From NCBI GenBank assembly GCA_039028935.1, contig JBCCHD010000002.1, positions 161,864-225,863 of the forward strand: a DNA stretch of 64,000 bases. Direction: 5' to 3'. Under the pieces are notes generated by a model. It saw only the letters and a list, made by a program, of their open reading frames with translations. It ran no database searches and had not been told where the DNA came from. How positions within the stretch are numbered: position 1 is the stretch's first letter; every line of letters starts with the position of its first letter. Position numbers and translations under genes: made by a program. The DNA comes from Pseudomonadota bacterium (lineage in GTDB: Bacteria; Pseudomonadota; Gammaproteobacteria; Steroidobacterales; SZUA-146). Below, one piece after another: positions 9,565 through 18,857 of the stretch.

Positions 9565-10845
9565 CTACCGTTCCACGATGGCCGTTACGCCCATGCCGCC
9601 CGCGGTACAGATTGAGATGAGCGCTCGACCCGAACCTTTTTGTTCAAGCAGCTTGGCGGTGGTTGCCAAGATACGTGCGCCCGTCGCGGCAAACGGGTGA
9701 CCGACCGCCAGGCTGCTGCCGTTAACGTTGAGCTTGTTAGGATCGATGCTGCCCATGGCTTCGTCGCGACCCAGTTTTTCGCGACAGAAACGCTCCGATT
9801 CCCAGGCCCGCAAGGTGCACAACACTTGTGCGGCAAACGCTTCATGGATTTCATAGAAGTCAAAGTCCTGCAGCGAGAGGTTGGCGGCTTTGAGCATTTC
9901 GGACACCGCGTAAGCGGGCGCCATGAGCAGTCCTTCCGATTCGATGAAATCCACAGCGGCCACCCGGCCGTGCGTCAGATAGGCTTGCACGGGCAAGTCG
10001 CGGTCCTGCGCCCATTGTTCCGACGCCAGCAGCACAGCCGCAGCACCGTCTGTGAGCGGTGTGCTATTGCCTGCGGTCAGCGTGCCGTGACCACTTTTTT
10101 TATCAAACGCGGGGCGCAATTTACCGAGCGACTCCATCGACGAGTCGCGGCGAAGATTGTTGTCGGTGGATACCCCTCTAAACGGCACCACCAGATCGGA
10201 GAAAAATCCAGAGTCGTACGCGGCCGCCGCTTTTTGATGGCTGGCGAGCGCCAGCGCATCTTGATCTTCGCGCGAAATGTTCCATTGCCTGGCCATCAGT
10301 TCGGTGCTTTCGCCCATTGAGAGTCCGGTGCGCGGTTCATTCACACTCGGCGTTTCAGGTTTCAAATGGGAAGGCCGAAAGCCCAGCGCCGCCTTGGCGC
10401 GGTCGGTGACAGAGCGAGAGCGAAAAATATCCATCAGCACCGCACGGTACTCTTTGGGGTACACAATGGGGGCGTCGCTCACGGTGTCCGTACCGGCGGC
10501 CAAGCCGGAATTGATTTGTCCAAGTGCGATTTTGCTGCCGACTAAAATCGCCGCTTCCAGCGACGTGCCACAGGCTCGCTGAATATCAAACGCCGGCGTG
10601 TTGGCATGCAGCCCGCTACCGAGCACCGATTCGCGCGCTAAGTTCCAGTCTTTCGAGTGTTTGAGCACCGCACCGCTGGCCACATCGCCCAGCGTTTCGC
10701 CGCGCAAGTTAAAGCGATGGACGACGCCAGCGATCGCCGCCGTCAGCATGTCTTGATTGGCCGCGGATTTGTATTGGGTGTGCGACCGACAAAACGGAAT
10801 GCGGCTGCCGCCAATGATGGCAACCTTACGCAAATTAACTTTCAT
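9565..10845 (-). CDS. Acetyl-CoA C-acyltransferase (thiolase, FadI/HADHB-like subfamily)
   Basis: Evidence is VAIIGGSRIPF, the active-site Cys context QRACGTSLEAA, and the C-terminal NGSSLAVGHPFAATGARI...CTAGGMG. I chose the ATG at 10845 (MKVNLRK), which is preceded by GAGGAG. Confidence 0.9.
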   Translation of the reverse strand: MKVNLRKVAIIGGSRIPFCRSHTQYKSAANQDMLTAAIAGVVHRFNLRGETLGDVASGAVLKHSKDWNLARESVLGSGLHANTPAFDIQRACGTSLEAAILVGSKIALGQINSGLAAGTDTVSDAPIVYPKEYRAVLMDIFRSRSVTDRAKAALGFRPSHLKPETPSVNEPRTGLSMGESTELMARQWNISREDQDALALASHQKAAAAYDSGFFSDLVVPFRGVSTDNNLRRDSSMESLGKLRPAFDKKSGHGTLTAGNSTPLTDGAAAVLLASEQWAQDRDLPVQAYLTHGRVAAVDFIESEGLLMAPAYAVSEMLKAANLSLQDFDFYEIHEAFAAQVLCTLRAWESERFCREKLGRDEAMGSIDPNKLNVNGSSLAVGHPFAATGARILATTAKLLEQKGSGRALISICTAGGMGVTAIVER

Positions 10846-11043
10846 GTGGTGCTCCTCAATTGTGATTCGGCGGTGCCGGATTTGGGTGCTCAAATTGGAC
10901 GTAGGTTGGTGTGTCCGGTTCGCGTCACGGGCCGATGTTTGTCGCGGTGTCCTGGTCGTCTATTTCGAGTGCGTAACCAGGGGGTCTGCTTAATTTCCAA
11001 GCGTGCTAGAGTCCCCTATCATAGCAATTTCCCGGACCTTTCA

Positions 11044-12420
11044 GTGACCCTCCTTTCGCAACGCGCCCGATTTTTCAATGAAAGCAAAGCGCTCTTTGTG
11101 CTCGGCTGGCCGTTGATTGTGAACAACGTGATTATCGGTCTAACCACGTTCATCGATTTCATCATGGCGGGTCGTTTGGGGACCCTCGACCTTGGGGCTG
11201 TCAGTGTGGCCAGTACGCTGTGGTCGTTCGTGTTCTTGGCGGGAATGGGCGTCATGATGGCCCTCAATCCCATCGCGGCACAGCTACACGGTGCCAATCG
11301 GCCGACCAACATCGGCGAAGCGGGCAGACAGGGGCTGTGGTTGTCGCTGCTCATCGCCCTGATTATTTTTGTCGCGATTCGGTACGCCAGTGCACCGTTC
11401 ATGCGACTCATTGGTATTGAGGAGCCGCTCATTCCACTCGCTACCGGCTACCTGCAGGCACTGGCGTTTGGCAGCTTTGCTATTTTCGCTTTCCTCGGCC
11501 TGCGGTTCATCAGTGAGGGCATTGGCCACACGAAGCCGATCATGATGGTGGCGATCATCGGACTGATTACCAATGCAACCGGTAACTATGTGCTGATGTT
11601 TGGCAATTTTGGGGCGCCGCGCTTAGGGTTGGTTGGCTGTGGTGTGGCCACAGCGGTGTCGATGTGGGTAAGTCTGCTGTTTATGTTGACCTACATGCAC
11701 CTGCGTAAGCGGGTCTATGCGCCGCTCGAGTTGTTTCGCCATTTCGACTGGCCAAATGGCGCACGTATTCGCGAGTTTCTCAGGGTGGGATTGCCGATCG
11801 GCGGCAGCGTCACCGCCGAGGTGGGGTTGTTCAGCGCGGCGGGCCTGATTATGGGCACACTGAGCGCAACCGAAGCTGCCGCACATGCGGTGGCGATCAA
11901 CTACGCGGCGACTATGTTCATGGTGCCGCTGGGGTTGCATTCGGCCCTGATGATCCGCGTCGGGCAGAACGTAGGATCGGGCCATGTGTCGGATGCGCGC
12001 TATGCCGGCTGGGTGGGGATTTGTTTGTGTGGCGCGTTTATGACCGTATCGGCCCTCGTGCTCATGGTCTTTCGCACACCGATTACCTCGCTGTATGTCG
12101 ATGATCCGGCCGTGCGGGCAGTGGCGGCGCAGCTATTATTACTCGCGATGATTTTCCAGATAACCGATGGAATTCAGGTGGGTGCTGCGGGCGCGGTGCG
12201 CGGTTTTAAAGATACGACGGTTCCCATGTACATCAATATCTTCGCGTTTTGGGTGGTGGGCTTTCCAATTGCCTGGTATGCCGGCACTCAGCTCGGTTTC
12301 CGGGGTGAGGGGGTATGGGGCGGCCTTGCTGTGGGTCTGACCGTCGCGGCAATTTTGTTATGCTGGCGTTTTCACCATATCAGCCGCTCCGCTCAGTCGG
12401 CCGTCCATTCCCCGGTTTGA
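11044..12420 (+). CDS. MATE-family multidrug efflux transporter (NorM-like)
   Basis: The protein has 12 predicted TM segments. MATE N-terminal motifs are LGWPLIVNNVIIGLTTFIDFIMAGRLG and LGAVSVAS. I chose the in-frame GTG at 11044. The 5' part of the tracked ORF (from 10657) overlaps the thiolase gene and is not credible. Confidence 0.85.
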   Translation: MTLLSQRARFFNESKALFVLGWPLIVNNVIIGLTTFIDFIMAGRLGTLDLGAVSVASTLWSFVFLAGMGVMMALNPIAAQLHGANRPTNIGEAGRQGLWLSLLIALIIFVAIRYASAPFMRLIGIEEPLIPLATGYLQALAFGSFAIFAFLGLRFISEGIGHTKPIMMVAIIGLITNATGNYVLMFGNFGAPRLGLVGCGVATAVSMWVSLLFMLTYMHLRKRVYAPLELFRHFDWPNGARIREFLRVGLPIGGSVTAEVGLFSAAGLIMGTLSATEAAAHAVAINYAATMFMVPLGLHSALMIRVGQNVGSGHVSDARYAGWVGICLCGAFMTVSALVLMVFRTPITSLYVDDPAVRAVAAQLLLLAMIFQITDGIQVGAAGAVRGFKDTTVPMYINIFAFWVVGFPIAWYAGTQLGFRGEGVWGGLAVGLTVAAILLCWRFHHISRSAQSAVHSPV

Positions 12421-12448
12421 GCGTCGCCACATTCTTTAGGAGAGTGTC

Positions 12449-12940
12449 ATGAATCTAGCCCGTGTTGGTCACCTTGTGCTGTTTACGCTGGTGTTGTTTG
12501 GACTCTCCGCATGCAGCGGTGTCAACACGCTGCGCCAAATTGTTGATCCGCCCAAAGTCAGCCTGGCGAATGTGGAGTTGTTGAGTGCGGGACTGCTCGA
12601 GCAGCGCTATCGCCTGAGTCTGCGCGTGCAAAATCCGAACGGCGTGGCCATTCCGATTAACGGCCTGGATTACGCGGTAAATATCGGCGGCGCTGAGTTT
12701 GCCAAAGGCGTCAGCGCCAGTGCGTTCTCGCTGCCGGCCAAAGGTGAAGACGTGGTTGAGATCGATGTCTCGACCAACCTGCTGGAGTCGGCGCGTCATC
12801 TTTACACGCTGTTTAAAAATGGCAAAGACAACGTGGACTACAACCTCAGCGGTAATATCAACGTTGACCTCCCGTTTATTAATTCGCTGCCATTCTCCCG
12901 CTCGGGCGTGGTGGATTTGAGTAACCTCAACGTTCGCTAA
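12449..12940 (+). CDS. LEA type-2 (WHy/LEA14-like) lipoprotein
   Basis: The lipobox is LFGLSAC. The LEA_2-like core reads LLEQRYRLSLRVQNPNGVAIPINGLDYAVNIGGAEFAKG. Confidence 0.7.
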   Translation: MNLARVGHLVLFTLVLFGLSACSGVNTLRQIVDPPKVSLANVELLSAGLLEQRYRLSLRVQNPNGVAIPINGLDYAVNIGGAEFAKGVSASAFSLPAKGEDVVEIDVSTNLLESARHLYTLFKNGKDNVDYNLSGNINVDLPFINSLPFSRSGVVDLSNLNVR

Positions 12941-12941
12941 T

Positions 12942-13316
12942 ATGCGTGTTGTTGCCGGAATGCTAGCCGGCGCCTTGCTGGCCTTAACGGCCTGCGGGCC
13001 GTCGGCGCCTGAGCGCCATGACTATCAGATTGTGGTTCAGGGCTCGGCCACGCCCGTGCCGGTCAAGTTTGCCGGCAGTTATACCTGCGATAATCCCGGC
13101 GCGGAACAGGTGGTGGATATTTCGGGTGCCGGCACAACGACACATTCGTTCTCCTGTCAAACGTTGCGCCACGTGCGTATTCAGCGCGTGATCGGTCAGG
13201 GGTTGATCAGCGTTATCGTCTATGAAGACGGCGAAGTGGTGTTCTCCACCATTCCTTCCTCAGACGACACGCCCATTGTGTATGTTCATGGCTTGGAGTC
13301 GTCATCGGCAAATTGA
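12942..13316 (+). CDS. Small hypothetical lipoprotein
   Basis: The lipobox is LALTAC. The start is 1 nt after the preceding stop, which suggests coupling. I recognised no family. Confidence 0.55.
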   Translation: MRVVAGMLAGALLALTACGPSAPERHDYQIVVQGSATPVPVKFAGSYTCDNPGAEQVVDISGAGTTTHSFSCQTLRHVRIQRVIGQGLISVIVYEDGEVVFSTIPSSDDTPIVYVHGLESSSAN

Positions 13317-13504
13317 ATCGGTTATGCCGGGCGTTGACAATCTCAACCCCTCGACGTTGAGTTGTTCATTAAACAGGTTATTATCCCGACAAATCGCCTG
13401 ACCAATCGGTGGCGGTGTTATCGATTCGGTTCAATCGAGTGTTGTCGATCGCCTCAATGCGTCGGTCTGGGCGACCCAAGCGTTCCAATGCCGGATTCGA
13501 TTGA

Positions 13505-15586
13505 CTAGGACGGCCGCCGTGGACCGGGGTTCGGCAACACAATCATAAACTCTACGCCGCTGCCGTCCGGCAGATTGCGGGCGCTGATCTGTCCGCTGTG
13601 CAGCGTGGTGACCAGTCGGGCGATGAACAAACCAAAGCCCAGGTGTGCGCCGTCGCTGCCGCTCTCGCGAACGGAAATCAGTGAGTCGAATAACCGTGCA
13701 TGCATTTGCGCGGGAAGCTCAGGACCCTCGTTGGCGACACGCAGCGTGTAGTTGCGCGGATAGCGTTCGAGGCTAAAGGAGATGGCGCCGCCGGGTGGGG
13801 TAAAGTCGACCGCATTTTCCACCAGCTTATCCATCATCTGCGCGAGAAGATCGCCCACGCAATAATATCGGCATGGGTCGTCCGGCACGCTGACATCAAT
13901 CACGTGCGACTCATAGGTGTCTTGATAACCCTGCGCCATGTCGTTGACGAAGCCGGATAAGTTGACGTAGTCGAACTCCGCCGTTTCGATACTCTGCTCG
14001 ACACGGCTCGCTGCGCTCATGGCGCTGACGATGTGACGAAGACGGGCGACACCGGCGGCAGCGCGCTGTGCGTACACATCCGATTGCTGCGATAGCGACT
14101 GAGATTGTAAGTTGTCCAGCGATGACTGCACGACCGCCAGCGGTGTGCGCAGCTCGTGCGACAGTTTACTGGCCAACGAGCGCAGATACTGCGTGTAATC
14201 TTTGAGCTGTACGAGCAGGGACTGGAAGCTGCGTGACAGATCGCCGAGTTCATCATCCGCACCAATGCCCGGCAGGTGTGTGGACAGGCGGCCATCGTCG
14301 GCCATGGCGTGTTCGGTGGCGTTCCGCAGTCGGCGGATACGCAGGCTGAGCAACGTGGCGAATCCTAAGAGGCCGGTCACGACGAACGCGGTAGAGATAA
14401 ACGTCACGCTCAAAATGCGCTTTAGCGCGTTGTTCGTCAGCAGCAGCGTGGCGGTGCTGGTTTGCTCGAGCGTCACCGCCCCCACGACTTGGTCGTTATC
14501 ATAAAGTGGTGCAGCCGCGGAAATCACGGCGTCGGAATCATAGGGAGGCTGATACCAAACGCTGGCGCCGTTCCCATTGAGTGCTTGCTGCACTTCAGGC
14601 CCGAGCACCTGTCCTGCCATGGTGCTTTGATTGTCGTACGGCTGTAGTCCCGGGTCGAGCAAGCGACGGTACACCCGATCGAGCAGATTTGGAGAGGGCG
14701 CGTCGTTATCTTGGGTATCGGGCAGTTTTCCTCCTTCGGCCAAAATCCAACCGTGTCGATCGAGCACTCGGAGGCGTCGATCGCCCTGACTCAAGTCGGT
14801 CACGTTGGCGGTAAGCTCCGGCAGCGGCTGACTGAGCAGCGCGGGCAGCGGATTTAGGTCGTACGGATCAACGGTGCCCAAAAACGGCAATGGATCGAGC
14901 GGTGTGGCATCGCCATCGATGACCGCAAAACCAAAGCGCGGTCCGAGCAGTGCTTGAGGAATTTTCAGCTCGACGTTGTACCCCTCAGCGGTGGGTTGCC
15001 AGTTGCCTTGGATTTGTGTGGGGTCAATGCTGCCGGCGTTATCCCGATGGAGTGTGGCGCGTAGTACGCCCGGCGCACTGGTTTCGATGACCGCGTGCGT
15101 AAAACGTTCGATCGAATCCCAAAACACCAAGCGAATCACATCGTGCACGGGGCCTTTTGCGGCGTCTTTATAAATCACGTAGTCATCAGCAACGCGCAAG
15201 AACAGATACAGGTTTTGGCGGTTAGCCGCGAGCGCGAACGTGACGCGCAATGTGCCGTCGGTGGTTTCACCGCCTTCGAGCGTGCGGTATTGCGCCATGT
15301 CGAGTGGCCAATCGTCATCGAAGCCGTCGAGCGTGATCGGCGTTGAGACAGGATGGGCGTAGACGTCACTGACTGGATCGGGATCGACATTGAGCGTACT
15401 GCGATAGCGATACAGCAGCTGCTGGCGTTCTTGCAAAATGCTGGCGATCGCGTTGGCGCTGTCTTCTAGGCTCGACTGCTGACCTTCGCGCAGTGCTTTT
15501 TCAAGCTCGGTCACGTATTCCCAGCCCGCCCAGGGCAGGAACAGCGTGAGCAAACTCACGAGCAGCAGTTGACGGCGAAGACTCAT
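13505..15586 (-). CDS. Sensor histidine kinase with a ~380-aa periplasmic sensing domain
   Basis: It has an N-terminal TM segment, a long periplasmic region containing TLDGFDDDW, a second TM segment and a HAMP-like segment. The H-box is SHELRTPL. N/G-box ATPase motifs (NAVDF, NEGPELP, GFGLFIARL) are present. Confidence 0.85.
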   Translation of the reverse strand: MSLRRQLLLVSLLTLFLPWAGWEYVTELEKALREGQQSSLEDSANAIASILQERQQLLYRYRSTLNVDPDPVSDVYAHPVSTPITLDGFDDDWPLDMAQYRTLEGGETTDGTLRVTFALAANRQNLYLFLRVADDYVIYKDAAKGPVHDVIRLVFWDSIERFTHAVIETSAPGVLRATLHRDNAGSIDPTQIQGNWQPTAEGYNVELKIPQALLGPRFGFAVIDGDATPLDPLPFLGTVDPYDLNPLPALLSQPLPELTANVTDLSQGDRRLRVLDRHGWILAEGGKLPDTQDNDAPSPNLLDRVYRRLLDPGLQPYDNQSTMAGQVLGPEVQQALNGNGASVWYQPPYDSDAVISAAAPLYDNDQVVGAVTLEQTSTATLLLTNNALKRILSVTFISTAFVVTGLLGFATLLSLRIRRLRNATEHAMADDGRLSTHLPGIGADDELGDLSRSFQSLLVQLKDYTQYLRSLASKLSHELRTPLAVVQSSLDNLQSQSLSQQSDVYAQRAAAGVARLRHIVSAMSAASRVEQSIETAEFDYVNLSGFVNDMAQGYQDTYESHVIDVSVPDDPCRYYCVGDLLAQMMDKLVENAVDFTPPGGAISFSLERYPRNYTLRVANEGPELPAQMHARLFDSLISVRESGSDGAHLGFGLFIARLVTTLHSGQISARNLPDGSGVEFMIVLPNPGPRRPS

Positions 15587-15674
15587 AAGGCGTTAGTGTA
15601 CGCGTCTCGGCAGCTGGTTGAAAAACCAGTGGGTTCGTCGCCTATGTGCCCGGACGAAAAAATCGCGGTGACGA

Positions 15675-16373
15675 TTAAACCGCGTCGCCCTTCCAGCGGT
15701 AGCCCATGCCGTAGACGGTTTCAATGGAATCGAAATCGGTGTCGACGGCCAAGAATTTTTTTCGCAGACGCTTGATGTGTGACGTGATGGTGTTGTCGTC
15801 CAATACAACGTTGGCGGCATCCATCAGCTGCTGACGGTTTTTCACGTGGCCAGGAAAGCGAGCCATGGCGTGCACGAGCCAAAACTCAGTAACCGTGAGT
15901 GGTATGACTTCACCGCGCCAGCTCACCACCATGCGATCGACGTTAATGCCCAGCGCGCCGCGCTCAATGTTGCTTTCCTCTTTGTCATCATTGAGCAGTG
16001 CATCGGTTCGACGAAACAGCGCCACGACCCGCGCGACAAGATGATTGAGCGACAGGTCTTTTGTGAGGTAATCGTCCGCGCCAAGGCGAAGCCCCGAAAT
16101 GGCGTCTAGCTCGCTGTCGCGTGCGGTGAGAAAGATGATCGGCAGCGAGTCGCTTCGCGCACGCAATTCGCGACACAGTTCAAAGCCGCCTTCGACTTCC
16201 GTTCCGAGGTTGATGTCGATAATGACCAGGTCGGGCAGCTTGTGGGTAAAGGCCGCCAGCGCTTGGCTGCGATTACTAAACCCTGATACACGGTAACCGT
16301 GGCGCGTAAAGGCATCGACATAGTTTTCACGAATGTCGGGTTGATCTTCCACGATGGCGATATGTTTTTGCAT
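15675..16373 (-). CDS. OmpR/PhoB-family response regulator
   Basis: The receiver shows IAIVEDQ, LVIIDINL and LTKD. The winged-helix C-terminus reads LTVTEFWLVHAMARFPGHVKNRQQLMD...VYGMGYRW. Confidence 0.9.
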   Translation of the reverse strand: MQKHIAIVEDQPDIRENYVDAFTRHGYRVSGFSNRSQALAAFTHKLPDLVIIDINLGTEVEGGFELCRELRARSDSLPIIFLTARDSELDAISGLRLGADDYLTKDLSLNHLVARVVALFRRTDALLNDDKEESNIERGALGINVDRMVVSWRGEVIPLTVTEFWLVHAMARFPGHVKNRQQLMDAANVVLDDNTITSHIKRLRKKFLAVDTDFDSIETVYGMGYRWKGDAV

Positions 16374-16510
16374 GGTTTAAGTGTCCCACAGGTCGGATCA
16401 TTTTTCGTCACTATTGTGACGATTTTGATCACGGTGCAAACAACAAATTCGCGTATTCCGCTGGTGAACTGACAGTCGTCTTCACTTACGTGCCACACTG
16501 GAGTTGACTT

Positions 16511-16642
16511 ATGTCTCAAGCGTCCCCGACCCTGACTGCCGTTCCATCTGATCGTTTTCGACCGACCAGGCGCCGTTGGGTACCAAAAGGCGTGCTGCTG
16601 CTGGCGTGTCTGTTGGTGGTGGGCCTTTTCACTGCGCCGTAA
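16511..16642 (+). CDS. Candidate 43-aa single-pass membrane peptide (unverified small ORF)
   Basis: An ATG preceded by GGAG at 7 nt opens MSQASPTLTAVPSDRFRPTRRRWVPKGVLLLACLLVVGLFTAP, which is a basic stretch followed by one hydrophobic helix. It is divergent from the response regulator. No homology evidence is available. Confidence 0.25.
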   Translation: MSQASPTLTAVPSDRFRPTRRRWVPKGVLLLACLLVVGLFTAP

Positions 16643-16744
16643 TCGAACCGGCGCACGTTGGGGCGCCATGAGCGTGGGGCGTGACGCCATCATGAGTGGT
16701 GTTTGCGTTGAGGTGCGTCGGGGCGATCGGCCACAGGTGAGGCG

Positions 16745-18052
16745 CTATTTCAGCGGTGGTTGCTGGCGCCAGTGCCAATGCATCAGAGCGCCGCGAGCGG
16801 CCATGAACAATGTGAAGGCGATCCAAAGGCCGTGATTACCCAATCCACGCAGCCACCACGCGGTGGGAATAAACACCAACAAAAGGCTGGCGAGCATCAC
16901 GTTGCGCATATCTTTACTGCGCAGAACGCCGACGAACACACCGTCGTATAAGTAACTCCATACCGAGACGAGCGGCAGAACCACAAGATAGGGCAAAAAC
17001 GTGTAGGCCATGCTGCGCACGGCATCGATGTCGGTCATTATCTGTACGAGTGGTTTGCCGGTCAGTGCAAACACGGCGGTGATGCCGATCGCCACCAATA
17101 CAGACCATTGACGACTGAGATTGACGGCTTTAAACAAGGCGGCGCGTTGGCCAGCACCAAAGGCTTTTCCCACCAGGGCCTCGGCCGCATTGGCAAAGCC
17201 GTCCAAGGCGTACGACGCGAGAATTTGAAAGTTCAACAAGACCGCATTGGCCGCCAAAATTACTGCACCTTGTCGTGCGCCCATCGCCGTGATGAGCACG
17301 AACACCGCCTGCAGCGCGAGTGTGCGAATCAGTAAATCGGCGTTGACTCTCATCAGCGATGTGAAACGCGAAAGTATGAGTACGCCTTCGGCTAATTCAC
17401 CACGCTGGCTAATCGGTAATGTTCGCCACGCGAGCCAGAGTCCCAGACCGCAGCCGGAGTATTCGGCGATTACGCTCGCCAACGCGACGCCGTTGGCGCG
17501 CAGGTCATAGTGCAGTACAAACAGCAGATCCAGCGCGATGTTAATCAGGTTGATGGTAAACATGAGGATGAACGGCGTGCGGCCATCCTGTCGCCCGATA
17601 AACCAGCCAATGAGCACAATGTTCATTAGTGACGCCGGCGCCGCCCAGATGCGCACTGCGTAGTAGTCGCTGGCGATGAGCGCAATACCCAGCTCGGGAT
17701 TGATGAGCGCGAGGGAAAACCAACGAATCGGCGCTTGCAGAATGAGCAGCCCGGCGGCAATGACGAGCGCCAGCGTTAAGCCACGCAGTAACACGCGACG
17801 CAATTCGGCTTCATCCTGTGCGCCGAGCGCTTGGGCCGCCAACCCGGTCGTGCCCATTCGCAGGAAATTCATGCCAAGGAATAGCACACTGAAGATCGTG
17901 GCCCCGACCGCCACGGCCCCCAAATAATCAGGGCTCGGCAAATGACCAACAACGAAGGTATCGACAAGTCCGAGCAGTGGCACGGTAATGTTGGAGAGCA
18001 CTAACGGGAGTGCGATACGCCACACGGCGCGATGGGTGAAATCGGTGGTCAT
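16745..18052 (-). CDS. dinF: MATE-family efflux transporter, DinF-like
   Basis: Family motifs are RIALPLVLSNITVPLLGLVDTFVVGHL and RMGTTGLAAQALGA, with 12 TM segments. I chose the ATG at 18052 (MTTDFTHR); the ORF extends to 18118. Confidence 0.85.
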   Translation of the reverse strand: MTTDFTHRAVWRIALPLVLSNITVPLLGLVDTFVVGHLPSPDYLGAVAVGATIFSVLFLGMNFLRMGTTGLAAQALGAQDEAELRRVLLRGLTLALVIAAGLLILQAPIRWFSLALINPELGIALIASDYYAVRIWAAPASLMNIVLIGWFIGRQDGRTPFILMFTINLINIALDLLFVLHYDLRANGVALASVIAEYSGCGLGLWLAWRTLPISQRGELAEGVLILSRFTSLMRVNADLLIRTLALQAVFVLITAMGARQGAVILAANAVLLNFQILASYALDGFANAAEALVGKAFGAGQRAALFKAVNLSRQWSVLVAIGITAVFALTGKPLVQIMTDIDAVRSMAYTFLPYLVVLPLVSVWSYLYDGVFVGVLRSKDMRNVMLASLLLVFIPTAWWLRGLGNHGLWIAFTLFMAARGALMHWHWRQQPPLK

Positions 18053-18252
18053 TGACGGTCGGTTCGTCTCGCGCGGGCAAAGTAAACAGCCATGCCAGGC
18101 AGGCCGTGCGGTGTGCACAGATACTGCCCATCACAGGTGTTCAACGCAATGCGCTGTGCCGTTCAACAGGGAGCGGAGGTTAACGCGATTAGCCGTCGAG
18201 CAGCCCAGGAACAAGCTGTTCCCGCGCGCCGATTAGCACACCCAAAAAGCCG

Positions 18253-18675
18253 TCAACGGCAGTCGGCGCACTCCAGCACTTTGCGCAGACGCGAGTAGTT
18301 AAAGCCATGAACGACACGATCGCCAACGGTGACGACCGGTACACCTCGCCCCCCAAGACGTTGAAAGTCGCGATTAGCCTGCGCGTTTTGTTCGATGTCC
18401 AAGTCCTGATAGGGGATGTTGTGTCGATCGAGTATGCGACGCATTTTTTTGCAGTATCCACACCAGCTCGTGCTGTACATCGTGACGGCGCCGGCTTCGC
18501 TTGCGTTGTAGGCGATCGGCTCGCCCAACGTGTCCCGCAATGTGCTGAAGTTAAGCACCACAAAAAACGCGCCGGCGATCACCAGCCAGTGCCACAGTGG
18601 TGCGCCGGTTTTCTTGGGCGGAGTGGATGCGTCGCGATCTTCCGCGGTGGGGGGTGGTGTGGGGGTTGGGTCCAT
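18253..18675 (-). CDS. Membrane-anchored glutaredoxin-family protein
   Basis: A Pro-rich N-terminus and one TM helix (WHWLVIAGAFFVVL) precede a Grx fold with VTMYSTSWCGYCKK and GGRGVPVV. Confidence 0.8.
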   Translation of the reverse strand: MDPTPTPPPTAEDRDASTPPKKTGAPLWHWLVIAGAFFVVLNFSTLRDTLGEPIAYNASEAGAVTMYSTSWCGYCKKMRRILDRHNIPYQDLDIEQNAQANRDFQRLGGRGVPVVTVGDRVVHGFNYSRLRKVLECADCR

Positions 18676-18857
18676 TTATTTTCCGAAACACATTGTTTTA
18701 CAAAGGTATATCTCGATTATCCCTTAAGACCGGTGAGGGGCGCGAGATGTTTCACGAGGTGTGGCAATATCGCCTCACACGATTTCTCGTCCGACGTGTT
18801 CTTATTCAGCAACGGTCCGTGAGTGACCGCCCTTTTTCACATAATGGAGATAACAAG

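Noticed and set aside
9640-10320. 226-aa plus-strand ORF
   Set aside because: It lies entirely antisense to the strongly supported thiolase gene. Its His/Arg-rich shadow-frame composition is not convincing.
10657-11043. 5' extension of the MATE transporter ORF (the tracked ORF is 587 aa)
   Set aside because: The extension runs antisense through the thiolase gene and its promoter region. The MATE homology begins only at the in-frame GTG at 11044.
16106-16693. 195-aa minus-strand ORF spanning the regulator's 5' end and the intergenic region
   Set aside because: It is out of frame with the response regulator and overlaps it. Its Arg/Pro/Thr-rich sequence matches no family.
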